A stretch of 64,000 nucleotides of DNA from Anaeramoeba ignava BMAN (taxonomy: Eukaryota; Protista; Anaeramoebae): NCBI GenBank assembly GCA_028826165.1, contig JAPDFW010000060.1, positions 434,001-498,000 on the forward strand, read 5' to 3'. Below the pieces are notes generated by a model. The model was not told where the DNA came from. It worked only from the letters and a program-made list of their open reading frames with translations, and ran no database searches. Shown here one piece after another: positions 12,016-23,912 of this stretch. The number at the start of each line of letters is the position of its first letter. Position 1 is the first letter of the stretch. A program made the translations under genes and the position numbers.

Positions 12016-15000
12016 ATGTCAGATCAAGAAGAAATATCAGAAGGAATAAATAACCCAACAGTTGTAGCAAAATACAAAGAAGCAGGAGAAATCGCAGATT
12101 CTGTGTTAATTCAAATTGCAAGTGAATGTGTTGAAGGAGCTAAAGTTTTAGAATTGTGTAAAAAAGGAGATAAATTAATTTTAGAAAAAACAAATGCTAT
12201 TCATACAGATGATGATAAAATGTTAAAAGGCATATCTTTTCCTACTTGTATTTCTATTAATGAATGTGCTGGTCATTTTTCTCCTCTTTCTGATTCAAAA
12301 ACTGTTTTGAAAAAAGGAGATTTAATTAAAATGTAATTAGAATCAAATTTAATAAATTTAAAATAAATTTAATAATAATTTTAATAATAAATTTAATAAT
12401 AAATTTAATAATAATTTTAATAATAAATTTAATAATAAATTTAATAATAATTTTAATAATAAATTTAATAATAAATTTAATAATAAATTTAATAATAATT
12501 TTAATAATAATTTAAATAATAATTTTAATAATAAATTTAATAATAAATTAAAATAATAAATTTTAATAATAATAAATTTATTAATAAATTTAATAATAAA
12601 TTTTTAATTTAATAATTTTTAATAATAAATTTAATAATAAATTTTAATAATAAATTTAATAATAATTTTTAATAATTTTAATAATAATTTTAATAATAAT
12701 TTTAATAATAATTTTAATAATAAATTTAATAATAATTTTAATAATAATTTTAATAATAAATTTAATAATAATTTTAATAATAATTTTAATAATAAATTTA
12801 ATAATAAATTTAATAATAAATTTTAATAATAAATTTAATAATAAATTTTAATAATAATTTTAATAATAATTTTAATAATAATTTTAATAATAAATTTAAT
12901 AATAAATTTAATAATAATTTTTAATAATAAATTTAATAATAATTTTAATAATAAATTTTAATAATAATTTTTAATAATAATTTAATAATAATTTTAATAA
13001 TAATTTTAATAATAATTTTAATAATAAATTTAATAATAATTTTAATAATAATTTTAATAATAAATTTAATAATAATTTTAATAATAATTTTAATAATAAT
13101 TTTTAATAATAAATTTAATAATAAATTTAATAATAATTTTAATAATAATTTTAATAATAAATTTTAATAATAATTTTAATAATAATTTTAATAATAATTT
13201 TTAAAATAAATTTAATAATAAATTTAATAATCAATTTAATAATAATTTTAATAATCAATTTAATAATAATTTTAATAATAAATTTAATAATAATTTTAAT
13301 AATCAAAATTAAAGTGATCTTGGTGTTCACATTGATGGATATTCTGCTTTAGTTGCAAATACACTTGTTGTTGGAGAAAAAATAATTACAGGAAAAAAAG
13401 CAAAAGTGATAGAAGCTACTCAAAAAGCAGCAGCAGAAATAATAAAACTTTTAAAGCCAAAACAAAAAGTAAACAAACAATTTAAATTAAAAAATTCAAA
13501 TTAAAAAATTCAAATTAAACAATTTAAATTAAACAATTTAAATTAAACAATTCAAATTAAACAATTTAAATTAAACAAATTAAATTAAAAAATTTAAATT
13601 AAAAAATTTAAATTAAAATTAAAATTAAAAATTTAAATTTTAAATTAAAAATTCAAATTAAACAATTTCAATTTTAAATTAAAAATTTAAATTTTTAAAT
13701 TAAAACAAATTAAACAAACAAATTAAAAAAAAAATTAAACAATTTAAATTAAAAATTTAAATTAATTAAAAATTTAAAAAATTAAATTAAACAATTTAAA
13801 TTAAAAAATTTAAATTAAACAATTTAAATTAAACAAATTTAAATTAAACAATTTAAATTAAACAAATTAAATTAAACAATTTAAATTAAACAATTTAAAT
13901 TAAACAATTTAAATTAAACAATTTAAATTAAACAATTTAAATTAAAAACAAATTAAAAATTAAAAAAATTTTAAATTAAACAATTCAAATTAAATTAAAT
14001 TAAATTCAAAAATTTAAATTTAAAAAAATTAAAAAAAATTTAAATTTAAAAATAAATTAAACAAATTAAATTAAACAAATTAAATCAAGTTAAACAAACA
14101 AAAAACAAAATTAAATTAAACAATTTTAAATTAAACAATTTAAATTAAACAATTTAAATTAAAAAAAAATTAAAAAAATTAAATTAAAAATTTTAAATTA
14201 AATTAAAAATTTAATTTAAATTAAACAAAATTTAAAATTAAACAATTTTAAATTAAAAAAAAATTTAAATTAAAAAATTTAAATTAAACAATTTAAATTA
14301 AACAAAATTAAATTAAACAAATTAAATTAAACAATTTAAATTAAACAAAAATTAAATTAAAACAAATTAAAATTAAAAAAAATTTCAAAAATTTTAAACA
14401 AATTAAACAATTCAAATTAAACAATTTAAATTAAACAATTCAAATTAAACAAATTAAATTAAACAATTTAAATTAAACAAATTAAAATTAAACAATTTAA
14501 ATTAAACAATTTAAATTAAACAATTTAAATTAAACAAATTAAAAAAGAGTGGAGAAATTGCAACAGTTCTTCAAAAAACTACAGATGAATACCAATGCCA
14601 AGCTCTTGAAAGTGTTTACAGTCATAGTATGGAACGTTTTGCTGATGAAGGAGATAAAAAAATTGTAATGAGAGATGCAATGCAATCAAAAAAACAAAAA
14701 TCAAATCAAAAAGTACAAAAATCACAAGAAATTGAAATTGAGGAAAATGAAGTTTATGTTATTGATATTCTTATTAGTACTGGAACAGGAAAAGTAAATC
14801 CAAAATTAAATCAAAAATTAAATCAAATATTTAAATCAAAAATTAAATCAAAAATTAAATCAAAAATTAAATCAAAAATTAAATCAAAAATTAAATCAAA
14901 TATTAAAATTAAATATTAAAATTAAAATTAAAATAAAAATTAAAAATAGACAACACAAGCTGATGATAGAACTACTATATTCTTAAGATCTCCTGATGCA

Positions 15001-15715
15001 TCTTATCAATTAAGAATGAAAGCTTCAAGACAATTGTTTAATCTTATTAAAAAGAAATATCCAACTTATCCATTTACAATTCGGTAATTTTAATTTTTAT
15101 TTTAATTTTAATTTTTATTTTTATTTTTATTTTTATTTTTAATTTTAATTTTAATTTTAATTTAAATTTTAATTTAAAAGAGATCTTGATGAAACTAAAG
15201 CAAAATTTGGAGTAAAAGAATGTGTTTCACATGAATTATTGGTTCCTTTTCCAGTTACTTCTGAAAAAAATGGAGAACTTATTGCACATTATAAATTTAC
15301 TGTATTAATTCTTCCTGAAGAAACAATAAAGATTACAAATTTAAAGGATCTCGATTATAAATTAGAAATTAAAAAAGAAACTGAAAAAGAAACTGAAAAA
15401 GAAACTGAAAAAGAAAAAGAAACTGAAAAAGAAACTGAAAAAGAAAAAGAAACTGAAAAAGAAAATCAAAGTCAAGATGATAAAGAAAAAGAAAAAGAAA
15501 AAGAAAAAGAACAACCAAAAAAAGTGGAACAAAAACCAAAACCTCAAATTAAAAAGAAAAAACCCAAAAGAAAAGGCAAAAAAAAGGGAAAAAAGAAAAA
15601 TCAAAAAAAACAACCTCAAAAACAAACTAAACAACAACAACCAAAAAAAGAAAGTCAAAGTCAAAGTCAAAGTCAAAATCAAAGTCAAAGTCAAAGTCAA
15701 AGTCAAAACAATTAA
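12016..15715 (+). CDS. PA2G4: Proliferation-associated protein 2G4 / EBP1 (M24 peptidase fold, Arx1-related); 5 exons
   Basis: Motifs VVAKYKEAGEIA, KGISFPTCISINEC.GHFSPL, spliced KI-DLGVHIDGY, TTIF...YQLRMKASRQLF, YPFTIR, AKFGVKECVSHELLVPFPV, and a Lys-rich tail. Confidence 0.9.
12345..14545. repeat. Two intron-filling satellites: ~12-mer (TTTAATAATAAA/T) at 12345-13310 and ~14-mer (AAACAATTTAAATT) at 13470-14545
   Basis: Directly visible inside PA2G4 introns 12333-13314 and 13469-14547. Confidence 0.85.
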
Positions 15716-16135
15716 TTTCTTTTTTCTTTTTTCTTTTAAAAAAATTTCCTTAAAGATTTTCATTCTTCTTTTTTTTTTCTTTTTTCAAAAATTTAGTTCC
15801 AAAATCCAATTTTAAATTCAATCTAAAATTCAAAATAAAGAAAAATAAATAAATTTTTTTTTTTTTAAGATTCTCTATTTCTTCATAAAACAAAAAATAA
15901 AAAAAGAAGAATTTAAATGATTCAAAAAAAAACCCCTTTTTCTTAAATTTTAATTTTAATTTTAATTTTAATTTTAATTTTAATTTTAAATTTATTTTTT
16001 GATTTAAAGATTAATAAAAAAAAATTTTTTTTCTTTTAATTTTTAAATTTCATTTTTTCATTTTTTTTCTTCTTTTTTTTATTTTTCTTTATCGTTTTCT
16101 ATTTTTTTTTTATCATTTTACATTTTTTAATTAAA

Positions 16136-18348
16136 ATGGCAACAGAAAAATGTAAAGCAGTTGTACTTGGAGGTGGTTCAGGTTTGTTATTGAGATAAAT
16201 TTCTTATATTTCCTTTATTTAAATCTTTTATTTCAATTCAAAAAAAAAAAATCAATTAATTTTTCTTCTTTTTTTTTTTCAAATTGATAATTTGTTTTTT
16301 CTTCATTTATTAAATTTTATTTCATTAAAAAGTTGGCAAATCTTGTTTAACACTTCGTTATCTTCAAGGAAAATTTATTGAAGATTATAATCCAACAATT
16401 GGTAATTGATATTTTATTTAAAAAATTTTTTTAATAGTTTATTTTTTAAATCAAATCGGTTTTTTTTTTTTGGATTTTTAAAGAGGAAAGTTATAGAAAA
16501 ATGATAACAGTTGATGAGAATGTAATGATGTTAGAAGTTTTAGATACTGCAGGTCAAGAAGAATTTCGTTCCGTTCAAGATAAAGTAAGTCTGATAATTT
16601 TTTATTTTTTATTTTATTTTTTTTTCTTAAATTCTTTTTTTTTTCTTTTTCGAAAAATTTTTATTGTGTTTTTTTATATATTTTATTTTATTTAAATTTT
16701 ATTTTATTATTTTTTTGAGAGAGATCTCAAAAAAAAATTATATTCTTTTAATTCTTATTTAATTTATTAATTTTTATAAATAATATTTAATTGAACCAAT
16801 GAAAAACAGAATTAGAAATTTAATTTAATTTATAATCCAAATTAAAAATCCAATCAAAATCAAAATTCATTTATAAAATTAAATTAATTTATAAAATTAA
16901 AATTAAAATTTATATTAAAATCCAATCAAAATTAAAATTAAAATTCATTTATAAAAATTAAAATTAAAATTAAAATTCATTTATAAAATTAATATTAAAA
17001 TTAATATTAAAATTAAAATTAAAATTAATATTAAAATTAAAATCAATATTGAAATTAAAATTAAAATTAAAATCAAAATTAAAATTAAAATTCATTTATA
17101 AAATTAAAATCAAAATTAAAATTAAAATTCATTTATAAAATTAAAATCAAAATTAAAATTAAAATTAATTTATAAAATTAAAATCAAAATTAAAATTAAA
17201 ATTCATTTATAAAATTAAAATCAAAATTAAAATTAAAATTAAAATTCCACAAAAATTAAAATTAAAATGAAAAATTAAAAAGTATTTCCGTTCTGGAGAA
17301 GGATTTTTAATGATATATAGTATTGTTTCTAGAACAAGTTTTGTTGAAATTCAAAATCTTCATGAATCATTAAGATATGCAAAAAATACAAATGATATAC
17401 CAACAGTAACAGTAGGAAACAAATCAGGTAAAAAAATTCACATAAAAATTTAAAAATTAATTTTAATTTTAATTTAAATTTAATACCCAATTTTAATTAT
17501 TATTTATAAATTAATTATTATTTATAAATTAATTATTATTTCTAAATTAATTATTATTTATTAATTTAATTATTATTTCTAAATTATTAATTCAAAATTA
17601 ATTATTATTTCAAAATTAATTATTATTTATAAATTAATTATTATTTATAAATTAATTATTATTTCTAAATTAATTATTATTTCTAAATTAATTATTAAAT
17701 TAATTCTAAATTATAAATTATTTTATTTATAAATTAATTATTAAATTAATTCTAAATTATAAATTATTTATAAATTAATTATTAAATTAATTCTAAATTA
17801 TAAATTATTTATAAATTAATTATTATTTCAAAATTAATTATTATTTCTAAATTAATTATTATTTATAAATTAATTATTATTTATAAATTAATTATTATTT
17901 CTAAATTAATTATTATTTATAAATTAATTATTATTTATAAATTAATTATTAAATTAATTATTATTTCTAAATTAATTATTAAATTAATTATTATTTCTAA
18001 ATTAATTATTATTTCTAAATTAATTATTAAATTAAAATTCATTTATAAAATTAAAAAAAGATCTTGTAAATGATAGACAAATTTCAAGTTCAGAAGGACA
18101 AGAACTTGCATCAAAATTTAACTCAAAATTTTTTGAAACGTAAAAAAAAAAATTTATTATTAAAAAAAAAAAAAGATTTTTAAATTAAAATCTAATTTAA
18201 TTTTTCTAGATCTGCAAAAACTGGAGATAATGTTCAAGAAGCTTTTGAACAATTAATTCGTGAAATTAAGAATTGGAAACAAAGATCTCTTGCTCCAGTT
18301 AATGATCAAAATATTAAACCAAAAAAGAAACGTTGCTTCATTTTATAA
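16136..18348 (+). CDS. Ras-family small GTPase; 6 exons
   Basis: The spliced product has G1 GGGSVGKS, effector YNPTIEESY, G3 DTAGQEEF, G4 NKSD, G5 ETSAK and a C-terminal KKKRCFIL CaaX box. Confidence 0.92.
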
Positions 18349-18711
18349 AAAAAAAATCAATTTTTTTTTTTTTGCTTTTTTTTCAATCATTTTTTTTTGG
18401 AATTTCCTTTGAATTTTCTATTTTTGTTTTTTTTTTCTTCATTTTTTTGCCTTTTTTTTTTTGAGTTTTTCTTCTTTTTTTTTCCAAACTAAAGGAAATT
18501 GATTAAAATTTTCTAATTTTTTTCTATAATTCTAATTAATTTTTCATTTTTAAATTTTAATTTTAAATCAATGTCAAATTAATGTAAAATTTTTTAAATT
18601 AAATTTTATTTTTAAATCAATGTCAAATTTTAAAAAAAAAAAAAGGATCTTTAAAAGAAAAATTTTTTTTTTTGGATTGTTTTTATTCCATTTTTCAAAA
18701 AGAAAAAAATT

Positions 18712-21700
18712 ATGTCAAAAATAATCAAATTAAAAAGAATTGAAGTCGAAAACTTTAAATCTTATGAAGGAAAACAAATTATTGGACCTTTTTCTAAATT
18801 TAATTCAATAATTGGTTTGAAATTTTTTTTTTCATTTTTTTTTTTCATTTTTTTTTCTAATTAATTTTTTTTCTAATTTTAAAAAAAAAGGACCAAATGG
18901 AACAGGAAAATGTTTTGGAAAAAACACAAGAATATTAATGCATAATAAAAAATGCAAAAAAGCAAAAGATATAAAAGAAAATGATTTAATAATGGGAGAA
19001 AATTTTGAAGCAAGAAAAATAAAAAACATAACAAAAGGATTTGGAAGAATGTTCAAAATAAAGCAATCAAACGGAATGAACTACAAAGTAAATCTTCATC
19101 ACAAGCTCTCTTTAAAGTGTTTTTTCTGTCCAGAAATCTATTCAGATCATCAAACAAAAACAATAACAGTTAAATGGCTTGAAAACCTCAAAATTCATTC
19201 AAAAATTTTTGATTTGAAAAATTATCAAGATCTTTATAATCACCAAAATGTAATAATAAATCATGCTCATGCCTTTTTATCACAAAAAATGTCTTCTCAA
19301 AATTTCAATTACTTTGGTCAAACTATTGACGTTTCAGTGAAAAAATATCTTGAACTCGATCCGCAAACTAAATCCCATTTTCGTGGATTTAAAGCTAATC
19401 CTTATACCTCTTTTGAATCCATTTCGCTTCTTGTTACTAATTGTGGTTCTTGTTTTTTTGATGGGATTAAAAACGAAAATGCGTCAATAACTGAAAACTC
19501 ATTTGATTCAAAAGATAGAATCTTTATTCCTCATTTTATCAAGTTTAATTCTCAAAAAATTCGCATTGCGTTTCTTAACTCTTTGATTAATAACTACGGT
19601 TTTTATGATAATGCAAAACATTATCTAATTCTTGAAAAGAACAAAGTTAGTCTCCTCAATGATATTATATTAATTGCTCATTCTCTTGGAATGCCAACTA
19701 TTCAATCCCACATTTCATCCCAAAATTTAAGTAAAATTCCAAAAGAACAAAGAATTGAAATCCAACAAAACTTTTCTCTATATTTACTTCTGGAAATAAA
19801 CAGCCAAGGTTTATTAACAAATCAAGAAATTATCCCAAACAAATGCTTGCGGAATAATTCCTCAAATCCTCTCTCCAAATTAAAACAAATTTATCAAGAA
19901 AAAAATTACTCTAAAATCGAAATCCAAGAAATTCCACAAAATTTTTTCTTTGGATTTGAAGTTGATGGAAACAAGAGATTTCTTTTAGAAGATTACACCG
20001 TCACACATAACAGCAACATAATGGATGCCATTTCATTTGGTCTTGGAATTTCATCAAACAATTTACGTGCTCAAAAGCTCTCAGATTTTGTGTTTCAGGA
20101 TCACAATTCTCAAATCAAAGAAAAAGAAAAAGAATTTGAAAAAGAACCTTGCAAAGTTAGTATTGTAATCTCAATTACAAAAATATCTCAAGAACTTCAG
20201 AAAGAAAAAGAAAAAGAATTTTATTTCTCTCGCAAAATTTTGGATTCCAAAAGCGAATACTTTTTAAATCATAATGCTGTTTCTAAACAAGAATATTTGC
20301 AAAAACTCAACAAATTTGGAATCAATACAAAAAATCCTTTTTTCATGATATTTCAAGGTCAAGTCCAATTATTTGCACAAAAAAAACCATCCCAAATTTC
20401 TGAAATTATTGAATTGGTAAGTGGTTCATATGAACTCAAAATTCCCTTTGAATCTGTAGTTTCCCAAATCGAGAATCTTTCTGAAAAACTCAACTTCCTT
20501 CTTTTGAAAAAAAAGAATTTATCTTTTGTATTGAAACGCTTCATTTCTCAACAAAATGAAGCCGAGAAATACAAACAATTACAACAAAAGCAAAGAGATT
20601 ACACAGAAAAATCTTATTGGATTCAATTACATTTACATTATTTGTCGATTAAGAGTTGCATCGAGAAAATTAGCAATCTTATCCCAAAACTCAAGGATAT
20701 TAATTTAAACAAACAAGTTTTAACGAATGAATTAAAAATTATCAAAGAAAGAAAAATTGATTTAAGAAAAACCAACAAAGAATCAATTTCACAAATTAGG
20801 GAATTGAATGATCATTTGAATAAAATTGTATTTTTATTTATTTAGAAAATTGATCAAAACAAAATTCAAAATATTCATTTCTTTTTATTTTATTTAAGGA
20901 AACTGATCTTTTACAAGAAGAAACAAAAATTTCCACTTTTCAATCCAAAATTAAGTCTTTCCGTAATCTTCAACAAGATCAAGAAAAAAATAACCTCAAA
21001 ATTAATCAAGAAATCCAAAATTTAAGAGATGATTTAAAAAGTTTAAAAATTCAAGAAAAACAAATTTCAAATGAAAAACAAAAAATCCAAAAACAAATGT
21101 TAACTCAAAGCAATCACGAAAACAAATGGAATTTTGAAAATGAAAATTCCAAAAAATTCTTCACAATTTTTAATGAAAAAAACGAAAAATTAAGAATTAA
21201 AAACCAAATTTTAAAAAAAGAAAAAATCAATTTACTTGAAAATGAAAAGGAAATTATTTTCAAACAAAAACAATTAAATTTACTTCAAGAAGAATTTGCA
21301 ACAAAAATCCAAAAGGTTTGGAAGAAAAAACAAAAATTGATTTCAATTTTTAAATTCATTTTTCATTTTAGATTGAAAATTCAATCCAAATTTTAGAAAC
21401 AAAACTTGGGAAATTAAAAAAACAAAAAGAGTTGATTAAATCAAATGAAGAAAAATCCAAAATTCAAATTCAAGCAATCCAAAAAAATATGAAAAAATTA
21501 GAAAAAAAGATTTTCCAAACAAAACGATTTGAAAGAGAATCAAAACAAGAAAATCAATTCAAAGAAGAAAAGGAACAAATTAAGAAATTATTTGTAGGAG
21601 TTTATGGTTCAATGTAACAAAAACAAAAACAAAAACAAAAATTAAACTTAAACTTAATTTTTATTTAAAAAAAAAAAAGAGAAGATATTTGTAAACCAAT

Positions 21701-23912
21701 TAATGATAAATATCAAGATTCTTTCATTTCAATTCTTTCTTCAAAACCAAATACAATTATTTGTGGAAATGATGATACAGTTTATCAATGTTTAAAGTAT
21801 TTCAAAGAAAAAAGAATTCCAAGTACAAATTTTATTTCTTTAAGTTCAATTAATCCAATCAAAATTGATGAAAGAATTCGCACCAAAAACAATATTTGCA
21901 AACTTTTTATTGATCTTTTACAATTTGAAGAAAAATTCACAAATGCAATTCATTATTTTTTTGGAAATTTAATTTTTAGTGAAAATGAAGAAAAAGTGGA
22001 TCAAATTTTGAAAGAGATTATTCCTTATCCAACAAGTAAGATCAAAAACCTTCAAAACAAAAAAAAAATATATTAAAATAATAGGCAAAATTTTTTTTAT
22101 GATTCATAAAAGTTATTTTAAAAAATGGAACAATTATCCATCAAAATGGTTTTATAAGTTTTCATTCATTTAAAAAAGAAAAAATGGAGATCGAAAATTT
22201 GGATCAAATTGAAGGTTTAATTTTGATTTTAAATTTAATTTTTTAATGTATTTATTTATTGATAAAATATTTTAGATCTTAAATTGAAAAAAGAAAAACT
22301 AAATTCGCAATTTTCAAAAGAAATTGAACAAAAGATTCAAAACGAAAAAAAACAACAAAATTATCAAGAAATTGAAACCCAAATTGAAACAATTACGAAC
22401 GAAATTTATTATTTCAAAATGAGTTTGGATTCAAATAAAAAAAACAAGAATAAAATTGATGCTAAATTGATTGAGATTGGAAAAGAAAAGGAAGAATCTA
22501 AGATGAAAATTAATTTAAATCTAGAAAAAAAGGAAGAAAATGAGAAGAAAATGAATAAATTAAAAAACGAAGAACAAAAAGCAAATGAGTTATCAGATGA
22601 AATTATAAAGCTTAATCAAGAAGAAGTTTCAATCAAGAAACAAACTTCTTTTATTGAAAATCAAATTGAATATTTTCAGAAATCGATTTCTCAAGAAAAT
22701 ATAAATTTGGAGGAATCAAAAACATTAAAATTGATTGATGAGTTTAATCACAAAATGGAAGAGGCAAAAATAAATGCAAGAAAATTAAAAAGTTCAATGA
22801 ATGAGTTGAAAAACAAATTATCAAAATTGGAAGAAAAACAAAAAATACTGAAAAATTCTAAAAAAGAATATCAAGAAAATCAGGAAGAAATTATGAATGA
22901 ATTGAAGAAAGAAAATGAAAAAATCACAGAAACAACTCAAAAAATTAGAAGAAAAGACAGCGAAATACTAAAAGATAAAGCAGGAAGTTTAAGTTTAATT
23001 CAAAAGGGAAAAAGTATGGGAATTGATTTCCCAGAAATTCTTCCCAAAAAAAGGAAGAGAAATAAGAAAACATTCAATATTTCTAATGTGTTAGAGAATG
23101 ATGATAAAGAAATTGGATTTGAAAATTTCAATATTAATCCAAATTATCGAGTTGATCAGAAAATTTTATTGAAAAAAATTGGAGGAAAAAATTTTGATTT
23201 GAAAAATTTCGATAAAAAGAAATATTGGCAAAAATTAGAACGAAAAATGCAAATAATATCAAGAGAAATGGAGAAAATGGAGCCGAATTTCAAGGCGGAA
23301 AAAGGGATGAAGAAAACGAAAGAAGAAATTGAGAAGATGGAAGAAGAAATCAAAACGAAGAAGGAAAAAAAGAAAAAAAAGGAAAAAGAAAAAGAAAAAA
23401 TTGGCGAAGAAAGAAGGAAAAGATTTCTAACCGCATTTGAATATATACGAGAAAAAACGGGAGAAATTTATGGAGAATTAACAGTTCAATCAAGAAGAAG
23501 AATTATGGGGAAAACGTACATGAATCTTATCAATCAAGATGATCCTTTTTGTGGGGGAATAGAATACACTGTGATGCCTCCACTTAAGCGTTTTTCCGAA
23601 ATAAGAAGGCTTTCGGGTGGAGAACAAACGCTTGCCTCTCTTGCTCTTATTCTTGCTCTTAATTTCTTCTCTAAATCTCCCTTTATTCTTCTTGATGAAG
23701 TTGATGCTGCTTTGGACTTGTTTAATATCCAGAATCTTTATTCTTTTTTCAAAAATTATCAGTTTTCTCAATTTATTGCTGTTTCTCTTAAATTGGATTT
23801 TTTTGCAAATTCTGATTCTTTATTTGGTGTTTATTTGAAGAAAATTCCTGGTTTAGGGAATTGTTCTCGAGTTTTAACTTTAGATCTTTCTCAATTTGAT
23901 GAAAAGAATTAA
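18712..23912 (+). CDS. SMC1: Structural maintenance of chromosomes protein 1 (cohesin SMC1-like, divergent), intein-containing; 7 exons
   Basis: N-terminus IEVENFKSY...IIGPNGTGK[intein][12 protein letters not shown]; hinge FVGVYGSIEDICKP; C-terminus PPLKRF...[13 protein letters not shown]...[13 protein letters not shown]. Introns at 18815-18890, 20828-20898, 21316-21371, 21614-21679, 22036-22112 and 22215-22275. Confidence 0.88.
18911..20011 (+). mobile_element. Intein (367 aa, VMA1/PI-SceI-like Hint domain) with a degenerate LAGLIDADG homing endonuclease, inserted between K and S of the SMC1 Walker A motif
   Basis: Starts [10 protein letters not shown] (block A), has block B VNLHHKL, and ends [21 protein letters not shown] followed by Ser+1. 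Removing it restores GPNGTGK-SNIMDAI. Confidence 0.95.

Noticed and set aside
22083-22112. Apparent frameshift or in-frame TGA in SMC1 (pseudogene or stop-codon recoding)
   Set aside because: Using the AAAAG acceptor at 22112 instead of the TAG at 22084 gives an open frame with a recognisable hinge. All other genes end in standard stops, so there is no evidence for an alternative code.
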